Shown piece by piece: positions 18,001-26,054 of a stretch of DNA of 64,000 bases (position 1 is its first letter; each line of letters begins with the position of its first letter). Origin of the DNA: Acidobacteriota bacterium (GTDB taxonomy: Bacteria > Acidobacteriota > UBA4820 > DSQY01); contig JAJYCJ010000005.1 in NCBI GenBank assembly GCA_021778515.1, positions 1,341 to 65,340 of the forward strand. The letters run 5' to 3'. Position numbers and translations under genes: made by a program. Under the pieces are notes generated by a model. That model did not search any database, was not told the DNA's origin, and saw only the letters and a list, made by a program, of their open reading frames with translations.

Positions 18001-20729
18001 AGATTCAGAAGACGGCCGTCTCCGCACCGGTCGCGGTGAACACGTCCAACACCGCCTATGTGGTGCTCTCCTTCCCGCCGCCGCTGGTCATGATCCACGG
18101 CATGTTCGACTGCTATCAGAAGTGGTACGACCCCAACGCCTCGGACTCCAACGCCGCCCTTTACTGGGACAACGACGCGCGGGCCCACGGCCTTATCAGC
18201 TTCACGCCCAACTACGCCTGGTGGGGAGGGACTTCGAGCTGGCCCACCATGGCCGACGAGGTGGCCCAGCAGATCGGGCAGGACCTCTCCGGACTGAACT
18301 CCAGCGGCGCGGGAACGGGCTCCGCCGTCCCGCCCATCCCCACCGTCTGGATCGCCCACGACATGGGGGGCCTCGTGGCGCGGGTGCTGGCCTCGGGCGA
18401 GCACCAGAACGACGCGCTGGTGCAGAACGTCTGGAAGATCTACCTGCTCGGCGTGCCCAACAGCGGCACGAACCTCCAGCTGGCGGGGAGCGACAACGGC
18501 ACCCTGAGCACCGACACCATCCTGCGGCGCTTCAACGCCGTCTATCCCGACTTCGGGAGCCTGGAAGGACGAGTCTACGCCATCGCCGGGGACAGCGGCC
18601 TGTGGGGGCTCCAGAACGACGACGGCCTGGTCTCCCTGGCCTCGGCCTTCACCATCTCGCGGGAGCTGTGCACGACGACCTTCGGCTACCCCGTCTGCCA
18701 GCAGTACCCCGCGGTGAGCTTCGCCGCCGGGACGGGCCACATCTTCGATTTCTCCCATGCGGAGCTCGGCGGTCCCGCTTCCACCCAGGCGATCCTCGAT
18801 GGGATCATCCTGCCTGGCGTGGCGGCCCTGGCGAAGAGCGGCCTGCTGCCGGAGCACGTGCCTGAAGGGCCTGCAGGTGGTGTCATTTGGGGCACCACCA
18901 ACCGCACGTCGGGAACCAAGCGGCAACGCATCAAGGCCACCCTCAGCCGCGCCGAGGCGGGCCAGTCCTTCTCCTACCCTTTCACCGTTTCGGACACCGA
19001 TGGGATGGCGCTACTGGCTACCGTTACCGACGGTTCCGCCGATTTCCAGGTGCTCGACCCCACGGGCCAGGTGGTGCAGAGCAGCCTCTCGGTGGACGGC
19101 CTCTTCTCCTTCTCCACCCTCAATCCGGCCCCGGGCGCCTGGACGCTCGTCGTGACCCCCGGCAGTTCGGGGGTCTCCTTCACCGCCACGGCGCAGGAAG
19201 ACAGCCCCTTCGGCATCCGCGGGAGCCTGGACGCGGGCTACTACCTGCCCGGCTCCACGGCGGTCCTCCGGGTGGACCTGGAGGGCAGCCCCCAGGTGAC
19301 CCCGCAGCAGGTCAGCGCCTCCCTGTACGATACGGCCGGCAACCTCATCGAGGGGCCCGTCACCCTCTACGACGACGGTCAGCACGAGGACGGCGCTCCG
19401 GGCGACGGCTCCTACGGCGCCCTCCTCGCCGTCTTCCCGAATCCTGGAGACTATCCCGTCGTCTTCACCGCCACCGGCGCCTACCAGGGAGAGGCCTTCT
19501 CCCGGCTCGCCTTCGCCACCCTGACGGTGGTGCCCTCCACCCACCTGCTGACGGGCGCCTTTGCCTTCTCGCCCGTGAGCGCCTCCGGCGGAAGCACCAT
19601 GGACGCCATCCAGATGACCGCCGGCGTCACTCTGCCGGCGGCGGGGAGCTACGCCCTCTCGGCGGACTTGATGGATGCGGGCGGCCTCTTCGTGGCCCAC
19701 GCCTCCACGGCCCTCACGGCCACCGCGGCGGGCCTCACCACCGCGACCCTGGTCTTCCCGCTGGACGGCGCCACCTGTAGCCAGCTCGATGCCCCGCTGA
19801 CGGTGGCCGGCCTCCAGGTCCTGGACGGAGCCACCCTGACGCCCGAGGACGTCTGGGGTTCTCCCCTCTACACCCCGGCCTACCCCTCCGGCACCTTCTC
19901 CTGCCAGAGCGGTACCCCCGAGCCCACGCCCACGGCCCTCCAGCCCTCCCTGGCCGTGACGGGTACCTCCATCAGCCTTCTGGTGGCGGGCACCGGCTTC
20001 CAGAGCGGCGCCACCCTCACCTTCGACTCGGGGATCCAGGTCAACAAGGTGGTCCAGCTCTCGCAGAACCTCCTGTCGGCCTCCATCACCATCCTCTCGA
20101 ACGCGGCCGCGGGCGGCCACACGCTGACCGTCACCAATCCCAACGGCACTTCGGGGAACCTGGTTTCGGCCCTGACCATCACGCCGAACCTGCCGCCCAC
20201 CGTCACCCTCTTGACCCCCGCCAGCGGCACCAGCTATACAAGCTCCCCCCCCACCCAGGTGAGTGTCTCGGCCTCCGCGAGCGACGACATCGGAGTCACC
20301 CAGGTGGTCTTTCTGCTGGACGGCACGCCCTTCGCCAACGTGAGCCAGTTCCCCTTCATCTGGAGCTTCCCCTCCTCCGTCCTGACCCATGGCGCCCACA
20401 CCCTGACGGCCGTGGCCTACGACCCCAGCGGCCTGACCGCCCAGGCCTCCGTGACAATCTACAAAGACCCGCCCACCATCACGGCCATCAGCAAGCTGAC
20501 AAACCCCTTCCGGCTGAAAGTCACGGGGACCAACTTCCTCCCGGGCCTCTCGGTCACCATCGGGAATGATGCGGCCCCCTGGCCCGGCGTCACTGTCAAA
20601 TCGGACACCAAGCTGATCCTTAAGAAGGGGGCCGGCCTCAAGGCGCTCTTCCCGAAGGGTCAGGCTGTACCCATCCGCATCGCCTACCCCGACGGCACCG
20701 AAGGAACGGCCAGCTACACCAGGCCCTGA
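15018..20729 (+). CDS. Giant secreted multidomain protein (1903 aa): SBBP beta-propeller repeats, two PKD domains, LipA-like alpha/beta-hydrolase domain, Ig-like and IPT/TIG C-terminal domains
   Basis: Signal peptide MEHVKGRAGTQFRCLVLALGCLPLLHALPARA. Repeated YSTYLGGSG.D.G.GIAVDA.GNAYVTG.T.S.DFP units (SBBP). Two PKD units (..PSNCGSGTAAYDWDFGDGT.. and ..SSDCGTAATYLWNFGDGT..). Lipase-like block PLVMIHGMFD..WIAHDMGGLVARVL. C-terminal Ig-like repeats. Confidence 0.75.
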   Translation: MEHVKGRAGTQFRCLVLALGCLPLLHALPARASGPTPLSGEAGPRLEKAYGAVSLHFEPNRGQSDPRVEYLAHGRGFGLYLNRTGATLVLSAPTGAQARGSRRTPLDSCPQACSTIRLSLEGGNAAPALVGLDRLAGTSSYFLGNDPSRWITAIPTFGRVACKQVYPGVDMVYYGDGRALEYDFLLAAGTNPRTIRLRYEDGAGKPVPLQIGSNGDLLLPTPFGRLVQRAPAVFQVRNGAKIALSGRYEILGPGRVGLAVAGYDPALPLTIDPILSYSTYLGGSGLDQGQGIAVDANGNAYVTGFTESADFPVSAGKGPYGQKDAFVTKLSPDGKSLVYSVYFGGTGDDIARGIAVDAQGDAFIVGGTTSFDLPVLNGFQSTHGGSPTAPNSDAFIAELGPGGTSLVYSSYLGGSGNDEATAVALDAAGNAFITGDTSSADFHSSGNAYQPAYGGGFRDSFLCEVAPGGSTLLYSTYLGGDADDYGNGVTVDALDHVFVTGGTSSVAFPISSNALQPALRGSTNAFVSAFDFSAPAGTTPGLLYSTYLGGSGSDAGQAIASDASGDAYVTGYTTSTDFPVTQGSFHGGADAFVAKLDPTGGSLLFSTYLGGSAYDAGYAITVGGDGSAYVTGVTYSTDFPTASPVQAANASASTSNSDAFVSKLSPSGSALSFSTYLGGGDNDQGQAIALDSAGGVYVAGTTYSSNFPVQNPFQGSYGGNGDVFISKILLADCTLTCTAVASPSTGAAPLSVAFSATATPSNCGSGTAAYDWDFGDGTPHSSAQNTSHTYTQPGSYTWTLTVSLDVTTCTQSGTIVVTPGCTVSCSANATPTAGPAPLAVALTASASSSDCGTAATYLWNFGDGTASSTAQNPSHTYLQPGTYTWTVTATIGGSTCTQSGSVTALATPGSLSGMVAISAGDQFFSLDGPGIVSGSVTAVDSTGNAITAPLSGGHFSFTGLAQGSYQLTATVTYADNVLFDADLLSYGCTAPSNMQIQKTAVSAPVAVNTSNTAYVVLSFPPPLVMIHGMFDCYQKWYDPNASDSNAALYWDNDARAHGLISFTPNYAWWGGTSSWPTMADEVAQQIGQDLSGLNSSGAGTGSAVPPIPTVWIAHDMGGLVARVLASGEHQNDALVQNVWKIYLLGVPNSGTNLQLAGSDNGTLSTDTILRRFNAVYPDFGSLEGRVYAIAGDSGLWGLQNDDGLVSLASAFTISRELCTTTFGYPVCQQYPAVSFAAGTGHIFDFSHAELGGPASTQAILDGIILPGVAALAKSGLLPEHVPEGPAGGVIWGTTNRTSGTKRQRIKATLSRAEAGQSFSYPFTVSDTDGMALLATVTDGSADFQVLDPTGQVVQSSLSVDGLFSFSTLNPAPGAWTLVVTPGSSGVSFTATAQEDSPFGIRGSLDAGYYLPGSTAVLRVDLEGSPQVTPQQVSASLYDTAGNLIEGPVTLYDDGQHEDGAPGDGSYGALLAVFPNPGDYPVVFTATGAYQGEAFSRLAFATLTVVPSTHLLTGAFAFSPVSASGGSTMDAIQMTAGVTLPAAGSYALSADLMDAGGLFVAHASTALTATAAGLTTATLVFPLDGATCSQLDAPLTVAGLQVLDGATLTPEDVWGSPLYTPAYPSGTFSCQSGTPEPTPTALQPSLAVTGTSISLLVAGTGFQSGATLTFDSGIQVNKVVQLSQNLLSASITILSNAAAGGHTLTVTNPNGTSGNLVSALTITPNLPPTVTLLTPASGTSYTSSPPTQVSVSASASDDIGVTQVVFLLDGTPFANVSQFPFIWSFPSSVLTHGAHTLTAVAYDPSGLTAQASVTIYKDPPTITAISKLTNPFRLKVTGTNFLPGLSVTIGNDAAPWPGVTVKSDTKLILKKGAGLKALFPKGQAVPIRIAYPDGTEGTASYTRP

Positions 20730-20797
20730 GTCTTCGTAATCTCGACCGATGCACAGGGGCGGCCTCCGGGCCGCCCCTCTTCGTCACCCCTCCAAAG

Positions 20798-20948
20798 CTG
20801 TCACCCTGAGGCCCCCCCCAGAGGGCTCCCCTGGAAGGGTCTCAGGCGTGGGCCTGGAGTAACGCCGGTGGGCTCCGGGGCCGTTGGGCGCACTCCCGCG
20901 CCTGAGATCCCTCGGGGGCTCTGCTTCGAAGGAGCCCTCAGGATGACG
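20798..20948. mobile_element. MITE/REP-like element copy 1 (~151 bp) with imperfect terminal inverted repeats
   Basis: tgtcaccctgagg...cctcaggatgacg. About 85% identical to the copy at 21369-21521. Internal inverted repeat gtctcaggcg / cgcctgagatc. Confidence 0.6.
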
Positions 20949-20976
20949 ACGACGACGCGGCGAGGGTGGTTCGTTG

Positions 20977-21294
20977 TCAGTGGGGCGGCAGCGTCCGCTC
21001 ACTCCTCAGGTCCGGCGTGAGATCGCTCCAGCCGGGATTCACCGATTCCACGAGGGCGATCTTGCGTGCTCTCAACCAACCCTTGATCTGCTTCTCACGG
21101 GCGATGGCTCCCAAAGCTCTCTCGCCGACCTCGTAGTAGACTAGTTTCTTCACGTTGTAACGGGAGGTGAACCCATCCTGCTTTCCTCGCCGGTGCTCCT
21201 CCATCCTCCGGATGAGATCGGAGGTCACGCCCACGTACAGCGTCTTGGTGCGGCTAGGCAGGATGTACACGAAGAACAGCTTCTTTCGCGCCAT
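20977..21294 (-). CDS. GIY-YIG nuclease superfamily protein (UPF0213/YhbQ-like)
   Basis: ..KLFFVYILPSRTKTLYVGVTSDLIRRMEEHRRGK..RYNVKKLVYYE.. matches the GIY-YIG motif. Local GC (~56%) is clearly below the surrounding ~68%. Flanked by two copies of a 150-bp repeat. Confidence 0.75.
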   Translation of the reverse strand: MARKKLFFVYILPSRTKTLYVGVTSDLIRRMEEHRRGKQDGFTSRYNVKKLVYYEVGERALGAIAREKQIKGWLRARKIALVESVNPGWSDLTPDLRSERTLPPH

Positions 21295-21368
21295 GATTCA
21301 CGCTTTCATCCTTTTCGCCTTCGGTCTCGTTCACGGTGCGGCCAGTCAAGCCCCCACCCTCCCCATAG

Positions 21369-21521
21369 CTGTCACCCTGAGGGCACCCCCAGAGGGCTCC
21401 CCTGGAAGGGTCTCAGGGGTGGGCCTGGAGGAACCCCAGTGAGGGCTCCGCTGACGTTTTGCCTGGTCCCGCGCCTGAGATCCTTCAGGGGCTCCGCTGC
21501 GAAGGGGCCTTCAGGATGACG
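21369..21521. mobile_element. MITE/REP-like element copy 2 (~153 bp)
   Basis: Same termini as copy 1 (ctgtcaccctgagg ... cttcaggatgacg) and the same internal palindromic structure. Same orientation, on the other side of the GIY-YIG gene. Confidence 0.6.
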
Positions 21522-21740
21522 GGAAAGCGGGGGGCGGATCTCCTTGACAAGTCGCGGGGGGGGGTAGCCTTGAGCCACCTTGACAGGAGGTGTTCGATGT
21601 GTACGATCCTCTTCCTCATTACGGTCCTGGTCTGTTCTCCTTCCGGCGGCGTTGTCTGGGGCACGACGAGCTGAGCGGCACCGGGGCCCGAAGCCCGGGG
21701 ATGCCCTGGCTGGGCCTCCCTGGGCCTCCCCCCTTCCGTG

Positions 21741-24700
21741 TCATCCCGCGGGCGTCCCGGCCCGAAGCGCCCGCACCTCCGGGAGAGCGGCCAGGGCGTT
21801 TCGGATGGCTGGGTCGGTGTTCCGCGCTTCTAGCTCTCCCAATAGATTTTCCGCTGCCTTCCGCCAATAGTGGGCCGAGCCGCGTTGTCCTGTCCCTTTC
21901 GCCGCCAGATACCTCAGGTTACGATACCGCACGCCAGCAAGACCCCGGTCCAGACTGCGAGCATACCTTTGCAGCCGATGAATAACCCCGTCAAGATGCC
22001 TTGCGCGCCCAGTCTTATGGAAGACCGCACCAAGAGTGAGAAGGAAAGGAGCCATCTTGAAGGGACTATGGTGGCACGCCGTTGTGGAAAGTACATTTAG
22101 TCCCCTTTCGGCTGCTTCATCTAGCCTCCCCGCGTCGGCAAGAACGCGAAGAACCGCTTCGCCGATCTCGGCCGCAAGCCAACGACTTCCTACGACCTGA
22201 GCGGCATTGAGGAGTGCTTCAAGCTCCTGGCATGCCTGATTGGAGTCTATTTCGCCCTTTAGGCTCCTGTAAAGAGTCCACTGAGTCTTGAAGCCTATCG
22301 TCCATGTCTTCGACTCGCTCCCTAACATGGGCACCATTTTCGGCAACCATTTCTCCACGTGAGGCTTGGTCAAGACAGGTTCATGCAGTTGATTGGCTAG
22401 GCTGAGGATCTCCGCAAGACACGCCAAGGCCCACTCATCGTATCCAGCCGCCTGATGCGCTTCCAGTGAAATGGTCTGGCATTTAAGTGCTTCCTGGAAG
22501 TTGCCATTGACGCCGTGGAGCATGCCAAGGAACTGCATATTGAGCGCCGCATAGTACTCCTGGCCATAATGCTGGGCTGTCCTCAGGGCTGATCTGGCAG
22601 ACAGTTCTGCCTCGTCCCAATACCCCAACATGGTTTGGTAGAGTGCTTGGTTGGAGAGAGCGACGACGTGCGGATCCCTGTAGCCGAACTGCCGGGCCAC
22701 CAATAGGCCCTCCTGGTCTATCAACAACGCCTTCCGATAGTCGCCGAGTTCATAGAGAACCAAGGCCAGGTTGATGGTGATGGAGACCATGTTGGGTCTC
22801 AAGCCATAGACCCGAGCCTGTTTCAGTGAGGCCTGAAGGATCCGCTTGGCCTCTCTCAATTGGCCTTGATAGTAGAGCGCGAGCCCCTGGTTCATCAGGG
22901 CATAGACGAGGGAGCCATGGGCCCCGATTCGCCTGGCGAGCCGCTCCGCCCGTTCGAACTGCTCCATGGCCTCGTCCATGCAACCTGACATGGCCAGGGG
23001 AACGGCCGAATCCAAGAGGATTCTGCACTCGAGGGTGGCGTCATGGAGTTTTCTGGCCGACTCCAGAGCCTTTGCATACTGCTGCAAGGAGCCGGTCAAT
23101 TCTCCTCTCCGGCGGAGATTATTGGCGATACAGGTCAGCGCCACGACACTCTCCTGGGACTCGGCTGGCGGAAGATCGATCGCTCTCCGGCTGAGTCTGT
23201 CCGCCTCATCGAAGCGTCCGAGGCCGTTACAGACTTCAGCCAGGTCACACAGGGCCTTTTTCAGGTTGGAGACCTTCAATATGGGATTTCGTTCGGCCAA
23301 AGAGATGAAGCGTGTCAATAGGTTGAACGCGGCGCCGTTGTCGTAGCGGTCGCGGGCGTCCTGGGCGGCGAGCCAGAGGTAGCGGGCGGCTTTCTCGTCG
23401 TCGCCGGCGGCCTCGAAGTGGTGGGCCAGGTAGGGCCACGTCCGGCGCTCGCCGCCTTCCTGGTCCTCCAGAAAAGCGGCCACCTGGGCGTGCACGGCCC
23501 GCTTGACCGAGAAGGTGAGCGACTCGTAGAGGGCATCGCGCAGGAGCGAGTCGGCAAAGGTGGCGTAGGGGCGTCGCCCCGACGCGTCCAGGCGCAGGAG
23601 CCCCTTCTCGGAGAGGGCCCTCACCCGCCCCTCGACGTCAAGCGCCTTCAGCCCCAGGACCCTGGCCAGCAGGCTGACGGAGAAGGAGGCGCCCAGCACG
23701 GAAGCCGTTTTCAGAAGCTGACGCTCCTGATCGGGAAGGCCCTCGACCTGGGTCAGGAGCACGCCCTCGAGGGTGTCCGGGAAGGCCGAGGCCGTCAGGC
23801 GGTCCTCGTCCACCTCGAGCAGCCCGGAGGGGCCCTGGGCCAGCAGACCCTGGTGGGCCAGCACGGCCAGCACCTGCTGGATGAACTTGGGGTTGCCCCG
23901 CGTCTTCTCCATGACGAAGCGGGTGAAGGCCTCGGGGGGCGCGGCCATGCCGCCGGCCCGCGTCAGGAACTCGCCCACCTCCTCCTCGCCCAGGGGTTCG
24001 AGGCGGACCGTCCGAAGGCCGGCCACCGCCTCTCCCACCGCCGCGGGGGCACTGGAGCGAAAGGCCAGGAGAAGCTTGAGAGGGGCCTCCTCCACCTCGG
24101 CCAGAAGAGCCGCCAGGAACTCCAGCGAGGCGGGATCGGCGTGCTCCAGGTGATCCACGAAGAGGCCGTACGGCTCCTGTGCGGCCTGACGCAGGAAGAG
24201 CCGGGCCAGCATGGCGAAGGCGGCCTCCTTGCGCTCCTTGGCCGCGAGGGCCTTGACGGCGGCCGTTTCCTCCATCGCGAGACCGAGGAGGGGCGCCATG
24301 AGGCAGAGGAAGTCCTGGTCTTCTTGAGACATCCCCTGCCGGAGGGCCTCGAGGCGCAGGGCCTCGCCGGAGGTGCGGCTCACGCCGAGAGAGGAGAAGA
24401 GCACCGGGGTCCAGGCGGAGAGGTAGCTCTCGCTGCTGTAGGGGACGAGCGGCACCGTGATGTGGCGGATTCCCGCCGCATCCAGCCCCAGCCCGAGCCG
24501 GTGCAGGAGCGCGCTCTTCCCAACCCCGGCCTCGCCCGTCACGGCCAGCGCCAGAGGCTTCGACGGATCGGCCAGGAGCGGTCCCAGCTCCCCGAGCAGC
24601 TCCTCCCGCCCCACGTACTCCGCGAGGCGCTCCTCCTCCGCCTGCCGCTCGCCCTCGGGCCTGAAGACGCGCACCCGCTCGCCGATGCCCTTGACGAAGA

Positions 24701-26024
24701 CGGGGTCCAGCTCTCGGAAGACGAGCGCCCCTCCCGCCTCCTCGGCCACCTCTCTGGAGGCCAGGACCCTCCAGGCGTGGGCGTTCTGCATCAGCCGGGC
24801 CGCCAGGTTGATGCCGGCGCCCATGACCGTGTACTCCCGCCGCGCCTCGCAGCCCACGAAGGCCGCAAAAAGCCTGGAGACGGTGATCCCGATGCGCACC
24901 TCGGCGAGGAGTTCTCGCAGCGTGGCGGAACCCACCAGCTCCAGGGCCGCCCGGCAGGCCATCTCCTCCTGGCGCTCCAGGGCGTAGGGAACGCCGAAGC
25001 AGCAGATCGCCTTGCTCCCCTTGTCGCCCATGTCCAGCTTGTTCACGTGGCCGCCGTACTTTCGCACCGTTTCGGCGATGATCCGGTAGACCCGGCGGCA
25101 ATGGTCCACCGCTTCGGCGTCGAGGTCGTAGTCGATGCCCCGGAAGGCGAGGAAAAGGACCGCCGTCCGCCGGTGCTCGGCCACCGCGTGGCCGCTTCCG
25201 GTCCCAGCCCTGGCCTGGACGAAGGGCGGCAGGAAGGTTTCGAGACTCTCCCGGCTGGGCAACGGCGCACGGCCGGTGGCGGCAGGTTCGGGCGTCCGAT
25301 GCAGCCCATCGAGGCCCGCGAGAAGCAGGAAGCCGTCGCCGGCCTCCTCCACCCGGCAGTCCACGGGGAGCCCGGCCCGGCAGGAAGGCCCCAGGAGGAT
25401 CCGCCCCCGCGAGGCGCGGTGCTCCGCCTCCGCAGCCTCGTCCAGCGCCGAGCCGGCGGCGAAGTAGTCGCGTCCCGCCTCCTCGTCCCCCACCGTACCG
25501 ATCAGGAGGGAGCCGACGGAGATGCCCGTCTTCATGGCGAGCGAGAACTCGCCCCCGCGGGTGGGGATGGACTGGAAGCGGCGTATCTCCTCGTGCATCC
25601 GGAGCGCGGCCCGCAGCCCTCCCGACAGGTCCGGAGGGAAGAGCAGCGTCATCGCGTCGCCCCCGAACCGGAGAACGTCTCCGCCCTCCTCGTGGACGAT
25701 CGCGATCATGGCCGCGAAGAAGTCGTTCAGAACGCGGGTGAGTTCCTCCGCCCCCTCCCTGCCGATGGCCGCCAGCCGCTCGGTCATGGCCGTGAAGCCG
25801 GCCAGGTCCGCGAAGAGCAGGCAGCCTTCCATCCGCCGGGCGCCCTCCGCGGAGCCCAGGAGAGGCCAGAGGCTCCTGGGCACGAAGGCGGCCAGATCCC
25901 GTCTGAACTCGTTCAAGAGCGCCCCCGAAGCAGTTGAAATCGGGTTTCGACGGTCTGAGCCGCCGGCACCAGGACCCCAGGATGGACCAGGAGGAGCTCC
26001 GCTGTCCACGGTGGCACCGGCCAC
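21741..26024 (-). CDS. STAND-like signalling protein: tandem class III nucleotidyl cyclase domains + AAA/NB-ARC-like ATPase + long TPR C-terminal region (1427 aa)
   Basis: CHD1 ..LLFADLAGFTAMTERL..RFGGDAMT.. and CHD2 ..KLDMGDKGSKAICCFGVP..GAGINLAARLMQ.. P-loop VTGEAGVGKSALLHRLG. C-terminal ~450 aa of TPR-like helical repeats. Confidence 0.8.
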   Translation of the reverse strand: MAGATVDSGAPPGPSWGPGAGGSDRRNPISTASGALLNEFRRDLAAFVPRSLWPLLGSAEGARRMEGCLLFADLAGFTAMTERLAAIGREGAEELTRVLNDFFAAMIAIVHEEGGDVLRFGGDAMTLLFPPDLSGGLRAALRMHEEIRRFQSIPTRGGEFSLAMKTGISVGSLLIGTVGDEEAGRDYFAAGSALDEAAEAEHRASRGRILLGPSCRAGLPVDCRVEEAGDGFLLLAGLDGLHRTPEPAATGRAPLPSRESLETFLPPFVQARAGTGSGHAVAEHRRTAVLFLAFRGIDYDLDAEAVDHCRRVYRIIAETVRKYGGHVNKLDMGDKGSKAICCFGVPYALERQEEMACRAALELVGSATLRELLAEVRIGITVSRLFAAFVGCEARREYTVMGAGINLAARLMQNAHAWRVLASREVAEEAGGALVFRELDPVFVKGIGERVRVFRPEGERQAEEERLAEYVGREELLGELGPLLADPSKPLALAVTGEAGVGKSALLHRLGLGLDAAGIRHITVPLVPYSSESYLSAWTPVLFSSLGVSRTSGEALRLEALRQGMSQEDQDFLCLMAPLLGLAMEETAAVKALAAKERKEAAFAMLARLFLRQAAQEPYGLFVDHLEHADPASLEFLAALLAEVEEAPLKLLLAFRSSAPAAVGEAVAGLRTVRLEPLGEEEVGEFLTRAGGMAAPPEAFTRFVMEKTRGNPKFIQQVLAVLAHQGLLAQGPSGLLEVDEDRLTASAFPDTLEGVLLTQVEGLPDQERQLLKTASVLGASFSVSLLARVLGLKALDVEGRVRALSEKGLLRLDASGRRPYATFADSLLRDALYESLTFSVKRAVHAQVAAFLEDQEGGERRTWPYLAHHFEAAGDDEKAARYLWLAAQDARDRYDNGAAFNLLTRFISLAERNPILKVSNLKKALCDLAEVCNGLGRFDEADRLSRRAIDLPPAESQESVVALTCIANNLRRRGELTGSLQQYAKALESARKLHDATLECRILLDSAVPLAMSGCMDEAMEQFERAERLARRIGAHGSLVYALMNQGLALYYQGQLREAKRILQASLKQARVYGLRPNMVSITINLALVLYELGDYRKALLIDQEGLLVARQFGYRDPHVVALSNQALYQTMLGYWDEAELSARSALRTAQHYGQEYYAALNMQFLGMLHGVNGNFQEALKCQTISLEAHQAAGYDEWALACLAEILSLANQLHEPVLTKPHVEKWLPKMVPMLGSESKTWTIGFKTQWTLYRSLKGEIDSNQACQELEALLNAAQVVGSRWLAAEIGEAVLRVLADAGRLDEAAERGLNVLSTTACHHSPFKMAPFLLTLGAVFHKTGRARHLDGVIHRLQRYARSLDRGLAGVRYRNLRYLAAKGTGQRGSAHYWRKAAENLLGELEARNTDPAIRNALAALPEVRALRAGTPAG

Positions 26025-26054
26025 GTGAGGTCGGGTGGGCCCCGTGGAAGCCCG

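Noticed and set aside
15099-20399. Three long minus-strand ORFs (529, 719 and 462 aa) antisense to the giant secreted-protein gene
   Set aside because: Frame-shadow ORFs (Gly/Arg/Val/Asp-rich). The plus strand has coherent SBBP/PKD/hydrolase domains.
20784-21578. Small minus-strand ORFs (72 and 68 aa) lying inside the two MITE copies
   Set aside because: Their similar translations simply reflect the repeated DNA. There are no start context or coding features.
23418-25937. 839-aa plus-strand ORF, and a 487-aa minus ORF at 23638-25101, inside the cyclase gene
   Set aside because: Antisense or alternate-frame artefacts. The cyclase/AAA/TPR reading is the only one with recognisable motifs.
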